A stretch of 64,000 bases of DNA from Chiloscyllium plagiosum (taxonomy: Eukaryota). Both the position numbers and the translations under genes were made by a program. This document shows positions 27,077 to 39,294 of the stretch, one piece after another. The stretch covers positions 52,506,608 to 52,570,607 of the forward strand of contig NC_057719.1 of the NCBI RefSeq assembly GCF_004010195.1, given 5' to 3'. A model generated the notes under the pieces. It was not told the DNA's origin, did no database searches, and saw nothing but the letters and a program-made list of their open reading frames with translations. How positions within the stretch are numbered: the first letter of the stretch is position 1; each line of letters opens with the position of its first letter.

Positions 27077-28914
27077 ACTGGAACCGTATAGGTTCCAGTC
27101 CTGTCATGATCTACAAGCAGGTTGGGTAACAAATCCCACTATCCCAGAATGGCTCCTAAGCCCTCAGAAATCTGGCACCCTCCCTCCTACACCAGTTCTC
27201 CAGCCACATATTCAATTAATGATTCTCCTATTCTTATTCTCACCAGCATGTGTCATGAGGAGTAATCTTATGATTGTTGCTCTTCAGGTTCTGCTTTTTA
27301 ATTTCATTCCTAACTCCATAAATTCTACTTACAGAAGGAAGTCATTTTGTAAGGCTTTCCATTAAAAGATGGCTTGGAGTTCCTATTGCTTCTTCAAACA
27401 ATGGGGAACTCTGTTTCTTTACAACTAAATTCCATCAGAGTGACTGAGAGAAGAACAAATCTAACTTCTCGGCCTGAAAATTCTGATTCTTCATTATCAA
27501 AGGCTGATCACTGCTCCAGAGTAGACCTTTCATATATATTTATCCTGTGTCTATCTTTTAGTTCACTAACAACTTGCTACACTTTTCAAACCTGTCAACA
27601 TTGATATTCTCTTGTTTTTTTCCGCATTCACTTTGAAATTTTGCCTCCACAATATCATTTACAATTCCCTTAGCTCTTAAAATGTGACCTACTCAGACTC
27701 TACTTTTTCCTAATAATGTTAAAGAAAAATCTTTATTCATTCTCCAAAGTATATCTTCTGTTACTTTTTAAATCTAGGTAATCTTTTCCATTCCTCTTCA
27801 ACCCTACATTTCAAGCTATTTACTAAATTGGTATCCTCTGGCATCCGGTAAAGTCCATATAACACAACATTCCAAAACAAGCTTTTTATAAGTCATTCCC
27901 TGAATTGTTTACATGTTTTTCCAGTTAGTCTCCTCTTAACCGATGAAGCTTTCCCATTGTTACTCATGTTCTTCATTGCATCTACAACGTGTTATACTTC
28001 TTAAATACTTGCATTTTTGCACTTGTTATAATTCTTTTTCTTTAAGAATATATGAATATTTCTTGGTGATTTTGTATTCTCTATCATTTTCCTTTTGTGA
28101 ATCCTCATTTTCATTCTAAGTTCATGCCTTGTGTTAGTAGGCTACGTACTAGATAGCGTAATCTTTCTTCTGTGCTTGCTACAAGTACTTTGTCATCTAC
28201 AGATATTAATCACTTGTCTGCTCCCCCCACCCTCATTGTCTTAATGCCAGATTTTGTGTCTTGAAGTAAACTATACTATTGATGAACCATAAGAAATCTG
28301 TGCATGGGAGAAAGAGCACTGTGAGAGCAGACATCTTGGAGTCAGAACCTTGCATAATTCAAAGGGGATTTTGAGAAGTGTAGTATCTATTACCAGTTCT
28401 CTTTAATGTAATGCAGAAGAAGTGATTAAAGAGGTGCTTGAAAGCAAACATTTGAGTTATTTAAAAATAAATTAATTGCTATTTTTGTTATTTTAGAACA
28501 ATTTTAATTATGTTTGGAGTAATAGAGCATGAGGTGTTATATAAAAGGCAATTCAAACAGAGAACCTCTATCACAGAATGACATAGATTCAGCCAAAAAT
28601 TATAAATCTTTCAAGAGGGAGAGCTCTCCATGGTTGATTTGAGTTTAGTATGGAGCCAACAGACCCAAAATTGTTATTGATTGTTCATCAAAAGACAAAA
28701 AGATGTTCATCTCAAAAATTGTTGAAGTAATATTATCTTTTAGATTGTGCCAATAATACTATTGTAGTATAAATATTATTGAGCGATAACAATACAGGAA
28801 TACTATTCTGTAGAAGTTGTAATTTAGAATGTAATATAATTATAACTTTTTCCAAGCAAACTGAATAATTTGCAGTTTTGAACAAGCAACTGGTGCCCGT
28901 TGCATTTTGAATGA

Positions 28915-29048
28915 AAAGCAGAATTCTGAAAATGATGGAAATCTGAAATAAAAGCAGAAAGTACTGTGGCAATTCAACAGGATTGGGAACATCTATGGAG
29001 AGAGAAACCGAATTCACGTTTAGAGTCTGACTTACCTCTTCTTCAGAA
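28915..29048 (-). mobile_element. Old pLTR-derived mini-element
   Basis: gatggaaatctgaaataaaagcagaaagtactg...; minus strand ctgaagaagag...gactctaaacgt is a decayed hammerhead core. Confidence 0.6.
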
Positions 29049-29474
29049 TGTACCTAACTTGAGCTCACATCTTCACAGAAACTAATCAAAGCAGGAAAAG
29101 AAAACCACCTCATTTATTTCTCTATGATTGAGTGTCAGACAAGCTTTAAATAGCTTGAAACAGTAATAATGTCAAGTACAGCTGGGGAAAAGTAACTGAT
29201 GCCCACTTGCCTTGTAAGATTATGGGAGGATTTCAGTGTCATCGTAAGTAGGTTTACAAGTCAATTGTGGGTGATCTGGAGAGAAAGTAGTTTAAAATTA
29301 CCAAGTCTGGAAGCACACTCCAAAGTGTTTGGTTGAAATTGATTGGCAGGTTCAGAAATGTCAGTAACATTTCTGGAGTGAAATGTTACTGACCTATATT
29401 TCAATCCACACTCAAATGTATTAATTGTATATTCTCAGGTTTCCCAGGCTTCTCAAAACTCACTAATGATTATT

Positions 29475-29820
29475 TTCATTTCAAAAATGTACTTTATTCA
29501 TAAAAATATCTTTATATAACCACAGAGTCACTGAAGTAGTTCAGTGCTGTGCAGTAGTATTTCGAGAAACAAACATTGGAGTTTGACTTTGTCCAAACAA
29601 ACAAAACAAAGGCATTTCTTAATTATACAAGACAATATTTACTTATATGTAAGGCACTGTGCAGTGGGATTTTCAGATAAGTGAATGGACTCCCTTTTAA
29701 CTTTGGCAGAAAGACTTCAGATAGTGGTCTTTCCCCACAGTGCCTTGTCAGCAGCTGACCCGAGTTTTAGTTTGGGCCTCAGCATGTAGTCCTGGACCTT
29801 GGAATATGCCAGTCTGCAAT
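29475..29820 (-). mobile_element. Tx1/L1-clade LINE 3' end
   Basis: Reverse complement translates CRLAYSKVQDYMLRPKLKLGSAADKALWGKTTI*, resembling Tx1-type ORF2 C-termini, then a 3' UTR with aataaa; possible imperfect TSD cactaatgat/caccaatgat. Confidence 0.75.
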
Positions 29821-30131
29821 CACCAATGATAACACTATGGCAATTTTAAAGGTAGACATATTCAGTAATAAATATTCAGTGCTCATACCTTCTTTCAGAT
29901 CTATGATGATGATGATACTGTTTGCTTGGAATAAGTGTGGTGAGAGGAAAGTTTCCATACCATGAAGATTTGATAATCACCCCAGGATGAATTGCTCTCT
30001 CTGGCTGCTTGACATTAGGTTTCAGAGAAGGAACAAAATTATCATTAAGAGCAGCAACAATCTGGTCCAGGAAGACATGCAGATGATGAAAGGAGAGGGC
30101 CTCCAGTAGAGAGGGAAAGGGCAGCAGAATA

Positions 30132-30720
30132 AATGATTTTATTGTCACGTTTATCTTGAAGATACAGTGAAAAGGGTTTTGTCACCACAATCTGGTGCCA
30201 TTTTGAATTACAAAAAGAATTAAAAGAAATTTCTGAAATAAGAGTTCATCTTCTGTTCAAATTAGGTTTCAGGCACAGCTCCAGGGCCTTTGCAAGGTCT
30301 CTGCAAGTTGTTCTGGTCCTCAAGGCATCCTGCCTCGGGAACAGCAATGACAGCTTCGATGCCCCAGAAGAACCCAGTTCCACTGCTGTTTGACACTGCC
30401 AAGAGTCCAGATTCTGGGCCTACCGTCGCCAGGTGTCCCCACCTGGGAGATGCCACTGCCAAGAGTCCAGGCTTCAGCGCTACTGCCACCAGGAGTCTCC
30501 ACTCCAGGCACTGCTGTTGCCAAGAATCTGAGCAATGCCACCACCAGGGGGGAGTTCCGATCCATGCCGCTGACACTGCAGCCACTGCCTGAGTGGGTGA
30601 ATAGGAAAGGAACACCAGAAGGGAGAAGCAGAAAGAAAGGAAGAGAAAGGGAAGGCAGAAATGAGAGGGCAGGAGCAGAGAATATAATGAGGGCGGGCAC
30701 TGAGAACAGAGAATGTCAGC
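30132..30720 (-). repeat. Non-coding interspersed element with internal GC-rich subrepeats (copy 1)
   Basis: Terminal block atacagtgaaaag...ccacaatc...ccattttgaat shared with 44961-45842; repeated unit cactgccaagagtccag. Confidence 0.6.
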
Positions 30721-31384
30721 GTGTATTGGCACAGTAGTATCAATAGAACATTTTACTATCATTAGATTATATGGTAACAGAATACGAGTCAGCATAATCA
30801 ATGCATACAACCAGATGTCAGTGAAGATGCAAAAATTCATCCATTTCACACACTGAAATGTATATATCCACAGAGTAGCAAGTGATGAATTTACTAACCA
30901 ACACCAAATATGTCAAAAAAGCGATTTCATCGCTTAGATATATTGTACTCATATATCATGATAAGACTTCCCCTGATGAACCCAGATATGCTTTATTATG
31001 AAAACCACAAGTCCAATGACTGCAGGCCTGCTGGCATACACTGATCTGTTCTTGGTATCAATAAGACAATGCCCAAGACCACAGACCATAAGGAGCAGCA
31101 TTGGGAACTCAATGAGTACACTAGGAGAACTTCAACTAATTCTACAATGTGGATGCCAACAGTTTACATCACACTGTTTGAACTGAACATGTATACCCAT
31201 TCTGAACTTGCACATTTCAGACATCAGAACAGGACTGGAATTGCTATTTGGCGGAAAAATGCAGCCAAACCTTTAAAGTCATCACTCCAATATATAGCAC
31301 ATAGTTAGTGGAGATATACCACAACCTTGTATTTGAATAGCAGATTTTACAATGAAAATTACTGTTAAATCTAGCATTATAAGG

Positions 31385-32340
31385 GGGTTCAGGTTGTACG
31401 TTTGCTCACTGAGCTGGTTGGTTTGTTCTCAGGCGTTTCATCACCATGCTGGATAACATCATCAGTGATCCTCTGGTGAGGTGCTGGTGTTCTGTCCCAC
31501 TTGCTATTTATCTGTCTTAGTGGGTAATGTCATTTCCAGTTCTTTTTCTCAGAGGTTCGCAAATGGTGTCTAAATCTATGGCTTTGTTGATAGAGTTCTG
31601 GTTTGAATGCCAGGTCTCTAAGAATTCCCGTGCATGTCTCTGTTTAGTCTGTCCTTGGATAGATGTGTTGGTCTAGTTGAAGTGGTGTCCTTCTTCATCT
31701 ATGTGTAAGGATACTAGTGTTAGTGGGTCATGTCTTTTGGTGGCTAGTTGGTGCTCATGTATCCTGGTGGCTAGTTTCCTGCCTATCTGTCTGATGTAAT
31801 GTTTGTTGCAGTCCTTGCAGGGTATTTTGTACGTTACATTTGTTTTGCTGGCTACTAGTACAGTGTCCTTTAGGTTCATCAGTAGCTGTTTCAATATGTT
31901 AGTAGTGTGTGGGCTACCATGATGCCAAGAGGTCAGAGTAGTCTGATCGTTACCTCCAAGACATCTTTGATGTGCATGTCAATTTGGACCCCATTCACAA
32001 CCTGAACCTCAACCTGAGCTACAAATCTTCTCCAAAATCACAAATACCTATGGGCGCAATATGCTCAAACTAGCCCAAAAATGGGAAACCAATGCCATCC
32101 GACTCTGTGAACAAAAGTATACCCTACATGAATGCTTCAGGAAACAGGTATTATCACAATGTGTCAAATACAAACCATCTCTCAACACCTGTCATGCCAG
32201 AAGAATAACAGAACAGAATAGCCACAGAATTCTCCAAGAAATAATAAACGATGACCATAACCGACGAGAAATTTCACGCCAGCTCAGCGAGCAAACTTAC
32301 GACCTGAACCTCAACCTGAGCTACAAACCTTCTCAAAGAT
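31385..32340 (-). mobile_element. Penelope-like element fragment (GIY-YIG) with inverted pLTR pieces
   Basis: ORF 31673-31894 NVTYKIPCKDCNKHYIRQIGRKLATRIHEH...HHFN is a PLE GIY-YIG domain; ggttcaggttgtacgtttgctcactgagctgg (~31386) is inverted at ~32278-32310; hammerhead core at 31432-31465. Confidence 0.9.
31428..31470 (-). ncRNA. Hammerhead ribozyme-like motif (cleavage triplet mutated)
   Basis: CA-CUGAUGA-U-GUUAUC-CAGCAU-GGUGAU-GAAAC-GCC-UG; stem II pairs with GU wobbles; GCC replaces GUC. Confidence 0.65.
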
Positions 32341-33639
32341 TGCATTGTAAGGGTGTGGTCTGAAATAATATTGACATTTATTAAGAAACTGAAGTGAGAG
32401 AAGCAGCATGAGAAAGCAAGATCGAGGAGATTGCCATACGTTTGAAATGGATGGAGAGATTAAGAGGGAACCAATGGCAGTGAAATCAAAGATGGGGTGA
32501 AATGGGTTTGAATCACCAAGAATGAGAAGTTTCTCAGCATAGGAGCTGATGAAAGGAAGAGGCTTGTTTTCCTCAGAAACATGGATGGAACAATAGCTGA
32601 TGAGTTTCATTGGAATGGCAAAAACAGTGGAATAATATGAGCTGAACAAAGTAGGAAGGTGTACGAAGAGAAATATGAAAGAGTAAGATATAATTTAGTG
32701 ATAAGGTCTGTGTTGCTATGATGGCAGTTTCAGCAGAACAAGTGATCAAATGTAAATTGGAAGGGCAGATGCAGGAAAGTGCAAACTGTCATGATAGTAT
32801 TCAATGGTTTTGTGTTTGATTATGTGTATCTGTTTACTGTTGTTGTGCACTGTGCTTCATTAGTTTGCTTGATATAGACTCAAGGAAATGTAAAGAAATT
32901 GTAGAAAGTCAGAGTTGGATGTAAGAACTGAAGCATGCAGTAAACATTTCGAAGCTCTGAAAGTAAAACCAATTACACAGAAAAAAGTGACATTTCTACA
33001 CAGATACGAGATATATGAAATGCAACACTTGGCAATGAATATGCCTGAGAGAGACTTAACTTCACCAGCTGTCATGACTCAATTGGGAAGAATGTGCAGA
33101 TAATTGAGACTCACAATTTCATAAGATATCATAAATGTATAACAATTAAACAACTAAGATGGTCAATTTGCCTAATTGACTGTGATTCAGGACAAAAGTA
33201 ATTCATACCAGGTTTTGTAAGTAACAAGAAAATAAGAGGAAAGTAAACAAACTTATGCTTTATAAATGATGAAAGAAATAAAAATCTACTGCTGTGTGAC
33301 TTATCAGTGACTTTAAAACTTCAAATACTTAGACATGCCTTCTCAGGTAAGATAGATAAAACAAAATGGCAGTTTAGCACAAAGGCTATGGGTCAAAAAA
33401 ATATAAAGCAAATTCTATAAATCAAAATCCAGGTCATAAAATTGGTTGAGTTGTTTTTCCATAGTTCTTTTCAGTATTTGAAGTGATGGTGCTGCTGTCT
33501 TCAGTTCAGGAGCTAATTGGATACATTTGAGTCTTTTGTGTTAGAAGTCTTTCTTTAGGGTCTCTAGGATTTTCATCTTTTCATTCAGAGGAAATAGGCC
33601 TTTGGATGTCCTTATAGACTAAGATGAAGAGAAATGTCC

Positions 33640-33860
33640 TTGCAAAGGGCTTGGTGAACCAATAGAGTTCTTTACCATAGAAAGCTGTGGAGGAAAAGTC
33701 ACTGAATATGTTTAAGGAAGAAATAGATTTCTAGAAGCTAACAGCTCCAAAAGGTATAGGGAGACAGTGGGAGTATGGCATTGAGATAACATGATCGGAC
33801 ATTATCATGTTGAATGGTGGAACAGACTGAATAGGCTTAATAGTCTACTCCTATTCCCAC
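33640..33860 (+). mobile_element. Old CR1-type LINE 3' end
   Basis: aaagctgtggagg...tttaaggaagaaatagat...ttgaatggtggaacagactg...ctactcct. Confidence 0.7.
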
Positions 33861-35104
33861 TTTATATGCTTCTTTGAAAGCACTGCACTCACTGGTCTGT
33901 AACATAGGTATAACTGGACCAATCCAAAGGCTATCAGTAAATAGTTTTTTCCTTAGTTCAGACTCCTGGTGGCACTCTGGTGCATTGACATAAATATTTA
34001 ATGAGACAAAAAGTGTCATAACCTTGTGGAGCTAATGTGCACATCACACAATTCCAGTGGACTTTCAACCTGTAAAACTCTCCTGGTACCTTTAGCCACA
34101 TAACAGTTCAACTTACATTTTCCAGATTAACCTTCAAAAAGATGAAACAAAGATCCCTTACACGGGCCTAGCATTTTTTTTTTCTTTGCTGGATGATCCA
34201 ACTATGCTGGAATATCAATGAAGTTCAGCAATCAACATCTACTTGATCACTACAGGGATGGGTATGGCAGGTTTAGAAGCAATCTGAGAGAGGGTACTGG
34301 GTATATATTGTCTCAGAGTAGAGGGTCAGCAAATATTTCAAATTGCTCACATCAGATCCATTTACATTTGATATTGTGATAAGTGCTCTCAATAAGATTT
34401 ACAGAAAATCAAGGAAAATGTAATTATTGAATGATATACATCCTTCCTGATATACCAGGGAAATGGTGAGTTAAACAGGCAGTTAAATTTGGCAGTGTTA
34501 CGGCAACTATTCTTAACATATAAATTTGGCCCACGAATCAACAATCTTGTTCACAACTAATGAATTAAGAACATTCCAATTCTAAAAATTAGAGAAAGTC
34601 TCCTCATGAAGGATAAGTCAAACTTGAAAAAAGTATTTTCAATCCAATTAAAATTGGCAGTGAGTAATTCCAAGAAGTTACGCAGATGTGTGGCCTCGGC
34701 TCAGGGTTCAGGTACAAGACTCAGCTCAGGGGTCAGATTCCATGCAAAAGATATGGACAAAGAGTTATCAGAAGTTTCATTAACATGAGCTATGTTGTAG
34801 TCAGAAACCTTCAAATTTATGCCTAAATTATGGAAAAGCCTTTCAATTCATGACATCACTCTCAACTCAAGAGAAAGTACTGTAACTTAAAGACAAAATG
34901 TAATCATTTTGCAAAGTTGTGCAGGCCATCAAAGAAGAGTACTTCATCATTTAAGCAATGTAGCAGCTCTTCTCAAGTTTGGGGAAGAGCTTACTTATAT
35001 TGTCATGAATGGTAAAACTCCCAATCATTTCAGGAAATGCTCAGTAGAAATTTTGGGCATCAGCATTGCTTTTCATTGATGTTAGCACAGAACTGTCTTT
35101 TTGT

Positions 35105-35468
35105 TTTCTTTATTCATTCACAGGATGAGGGCATTGCTGGCCAGGCAGCATTTATTGCCCATCACTAATTGCCCAGAGGGCAGTTAAGAGTCAACCACAT
35201 TTATGTGGGTTGTGAGTCACATAGGCCAGACCCAGTAAGGATAGCAGTTTCCTTCCCTAAAGAACATTAATGAACCAGATGGCTTTTTCCAACAATCAGC
35301 AATGGATTCATGGATCATCATTAAACCCTTAATTCCAGATTATGTTTTTAACATTGAATTTAAATTTCACTATCTGCCATAGTAGGATTCAAACTTATGT
35401 CCCCAGAACATCATCTGGGTCTCTGGATTAACAGTCTAGTAATAATGCCACTACGTCATTGCCTCCCC
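35105..35468 (-). mobile_element. tRNA-derived SINE (family 2), near full length
   Basis: Minus strand starts ggggaggcaatgacgtagtgg (A-box like) with gtttgaatcc (B-box like); 3' tail gggcaataaatgctg shared with family B LINE. Confidence 0.8.
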
Positions 35469-36769
35469 TTTCAGTGGCAAGTCTACAATCAGCATTTTTT
35501 ACAACTGTCTCTCACACCAGCAACACACACTCATCAAGCTAAGATTCATCCAATTTTCCTAGTTTTGAGAGCAATCAGAGCTCTGATACACTAGTAAAAG
35601 AATTGCCCTCGACAGTTTCAGGTTATACATAGCTAAAGGCAGAAGCTTTAAGGTGGTGGTGGTGGTGGTGGTGGTGAGGGGGGGGGTCAAGATTTTTGAG
35701 AGGCTTTGATGCAAATTTTAAATCCCACCAGAGCACACCAAATTGTGATCAATGTGGCTGACTGTACAATAAAGTATCCTTCCTGGATTACAGGATTTGT
35801 AGAATTAACAAGGGCTGTCATACTCTTTTTGTTGACACAGCAATTACATCAATTACCCAAAATGTAAAATGGTTGTTATTTGCAATTCATGTTGAAGCAT
35901 CACAACAGCTGAAATGGAATATTTGAGCAAACTGACTCATCGCCACGGATATCAAAGCTAGTCACTGCAAGACATAAAAATGGCAAACTTTAAATATACT
36001 TTGATGTTAAAGGGGCAGCAAAGCTGTCATTTTTGATAAGTGTCTAATTCCATCAACTACCAGCATTATTTCATTTTACAAAGCTTGACATAAACATTCT
36101 ATTATCAGAATAAAGGCAATATCGTTTGTCATTCATGAAGGTGTACCAGGACACATCCTCATGACTAATTTCAGCATCCAGCCTTTCCCAGAAGATAGTT
36201 TCTCCAGTCTTGAGATGTTGAAAGATGATGTATGGTGATGAGATGCTTAGAGGTTGAAGAGACTTTCAACTTACTTGACAAATTGTTGTCACTGAAGGGA
36301 CAAAGGAGAACACAATCAGTCATTATGGATGTGGTCATTCAACTCACACAACATGATTGACCTTCAACAAGGACAAATACATAACCAGATCTTAAGAAAG
36401 GTCACTGGACACAACATTAACTTTGCTGTCTCTCCACAGATGCAACCACACTTGCTGAGTTTCTCCAGCAATTTCTGTTTTTGTTTCAGATTTCAAGCAT
36501 CCAAGTTTGTTTTATATTATGGACAAATACGTATTCACTGAGGTTGGCTTTCTTGGGTACACATTGACAGCACCTGAAATAAACCTTCCACACAACATCA
36601 AAGCCATTCATCAGTTTCTGACTTCATTTAATGTGAAAGCATTTGCATTGTCCTTGGCTCTACTGATTTATATCACAAATATGTCCCTTAGTACACAGAA
36701 ATTGAAGAGTCTCTTCAAAAGTTAATGTGAAAAGATGCACAATGCAATTTTTTTGTTTTCTTTATTTCC

Positions 36770-37830
36770 ATTCTGTATATATTACTGGTGGGCCACCATT
36801 TGTTGTTCATTCCTACTTGCCTTTGAGAAGATGGTAGTGAACTGCCTTCTTGAATAGCTGCAGTTCATTAGTTGAAGTTAGGATGATGAGTGACTTGGAA
36901 AGAAACTTGCAAATGACGACGTTTCAATGTGTCTGTTGTCTTTGTTTTCTAGATGGTAGTAGTCATTGGTTTGGAAAGGGCTATCAAAGGAACTTTGGTG
37001 AAATTTTGCAGTGTGTCTTGTAAATGATGTACACAGCTATTACTGATTGTAGGAGATGGAGGGAATAGACGTTTGTGGATTTAGTGTTAATCAAGTGGGC
37101 TTGATTGAAAGTTGTTGGAGCTGCACTGATCCAAGCCAGTGGGGAAAGGACTTTAGAGAACCATATAGGTTTTTAATGACAATCAACAGTGTTTATATAG
37201 TCACTATTATACCAGCTTTGTAACTTCAGAGTTTTAATGAATTAAAATTATAAATATTTAACATGTTGAAATCTGAACTCAAGTCACCAAAGCATTAGGC
37301 TGGGCCTCTGGATCACTAACCTATTAACAACATCAGTAGACCATCTTGTGCCTTGCAAATATTAGGCAAGATGAGGGGTGTCAACTGGTAAGTTACTGCA
37401 AAGATGCTAGCCTCTGACCTGCTATTGTAGCCATAGCATTTAAATGATGGAAATGTGTTGCTGGAAAAGCGCAGCAGGTCAGGCAGCATCTAGGGAACAG
37501 GAGAATCGACGTTTCGGGCATTAGCCCTTCTTCAGGACCGAAACGTCGATTCTCCTGTTCCCTAGATGCTGCCTGACCTGCTGCGCTTTTCCAGAAACAC
37601 ATTTCCATCTCTGATCTCCAGCATCTGCAGACCTCACTTTCTCCTCATAGCATTTAAATGGCCAGTCCAGTTCATTTTGTGGTTAATGGTCACCCCACGG
37701 TTGTTGATAGTATGGGATTCAATGAGAGTACTGTCCCGATATGTTAAGTGATAATAGTTAGATTCTCTTTTGGTGGAGGTGGTCATTACCTAGTGTTAAT
37801 GTAGTACACAGTTACTTGCCACTTGCCAGC
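36770..37830 (-). mobile_element. Family B LINE fragment with nested SINE piece and pLTR hairpin
   Basis: tgcctttgagaagatggtagtga...; LINE sequence ctctgacctgctattgtagcc resumes as ggccagtccagttc after the insert. Confidence 0.7.
37447..37645. mobile_element. Young fold-back pLTR mini-element with intact hammerhead core
   Basis: 72 bp inverted arms 37446-37517 / 37538-37609 with 1 mismatch; 15 bp TSD catagcatttaaatg (37432-37446 / 37646-37660); minus strand CUGAAGA-A-GGGC-UAAU-GCCC-GAAAC-GUC. Confidence 0.9.
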
Positions 37831-38812
37831 TGTCACACGTCTTTGGGGATAGCATGCTGAAATCAAACTTGGAGTCACAACCAAAGTTAAAATACCTTAT
37901 CAAAGTGGATAAAGTTATCAATTTGCCTGCCTCATAGACCCTGGTTAATAGAAAATATTGATGAAGTTTCTGTGCTTAACATAAATGATTATTTATTACA
38001 AATAAGTAGATTCTAACCACAAAACTGCTAAGAATTGTTTGTATATAACTCTACTAGTTAAAATTTGAAACCTCTTCTAAAACCCTCCCCACACACAGAC
38101 TAAAAAAGATGGTGTTATGGGTAGCGGGAAAACAATACTGGAGAAACTGTTCAATAGCACCAGTCTTCAAGATTCAATGGAGTATTCTTTTTGTTCCCAA
38201 GTCCCTTAGTTCGCTGATCTTTTCCTCGGTTTCTCTCACTTCTTCAAGCGAGGCACAGGGTGACTGGTTCCTAATTATAATATCTCTGATTAACTCCTTC
38301 AAAGTAAGAACTTACATCAACTAGTGGGAGAAAATAATAATGGTTTTCTTCAAGAAAGGTGTTTTACAGGAAAGAGAGAGAGAAAGAGGGACAGACACAT
38401 CCCATCTGCCCTTGCAGGTGTCTGAAGGCATCTGCCAGTATTATTCATACCCACCAGCTGTTCAAGTATCCAGAAGCAAATCAGATAGTTGACAGGTCTT
38501 TGGCATTCACAACTGTACAAACCAATCAATAACCTGTTACCAGTCAAATCTCACTTTGTATACCAACTCCTTTTGCTGGCCTGTCTACAAACATCTTTAC
38601 TCACATCTTGAACAAATTAACAATGTAAACACTACTTACAATGAGTTTAAGCAACTTGCTTTTTAAAAGTGCAGCAATTCCTTTTACAATCCTTGATCTT
38701 AAAGCAGTCCTTTTTCTCTTTTCCAGTTCACAATCAAAAATACAAAGAAAAGGTGCGTTCTTTATATGGAGCAAGCCCAGATCTTGGCTGGGTCATGTTG
38801 CATTTGGGCATG
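37831..38812. repeat. Possible solo LTR
   Basis: Starts abruptly with tgtcac where the family B LINE stops; ~1 kb non-coding; right end not resolved because a CR1 follows. Confidence 0.3.
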
Positions 38813-38814
38813 AT

Positions 38815-39290
38815 TCAAAATACTTGTTTAGTATCCCCCCCATTTTCTGTGGCTCCACACAAAAGCCGCCGTGCTGATCTTTGAGGGGACCCATTCTCTC
38901 CCTAGTTATCCTTTTGTCCTTAATGTATTTGGAAAAACCCTTTGGATTCTCCTTAATTCTATTTGCCAAAGCTATCTCATGTCCCCTTTTTGCCCTTCTG
39001 ATTTCCCTCTTACGCTTACTGCCTTTACACTCTTCTAAGGATTCACTCGATCTATCCTGTCTATACCTTCTTTTTGCTTCCTTCTTTTTCTTAACCAAAC
39101 CCTCAATTTCTTTAGATATCCAGCATTCCCGATACCTACCAGCCTTTCCTTTCACCCTGACAGGAATATATTTTCTCTGGACTCTCGTTATCTCATTTCT
39201 GAAGGCTTCCCATTTTCCAGCCGTCCGTCTGCCTGCGAACATCTGCCCCCAATCAGCTTTTGAAAGTTCTTGCCTAATACCGTCAAGTAT
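38815..39290 (-). mobile_element. Inverted upstream ORF2 segment of a CR1/HER1-type LINE
   Basis: ORF 38793-39335: IRRAKRGHEIALANRIKENPKGFSKYIKDKR...MGPLKD...ILNKYF. Confidence 0.9.
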
Positions 39291-39294
39291 GTAA

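Noticed and set aside
30262..30849. 195 aa and overlapping ORFs
   Set aside because: They arise from a GC-rich non-coding repeat and show no protein motifs.
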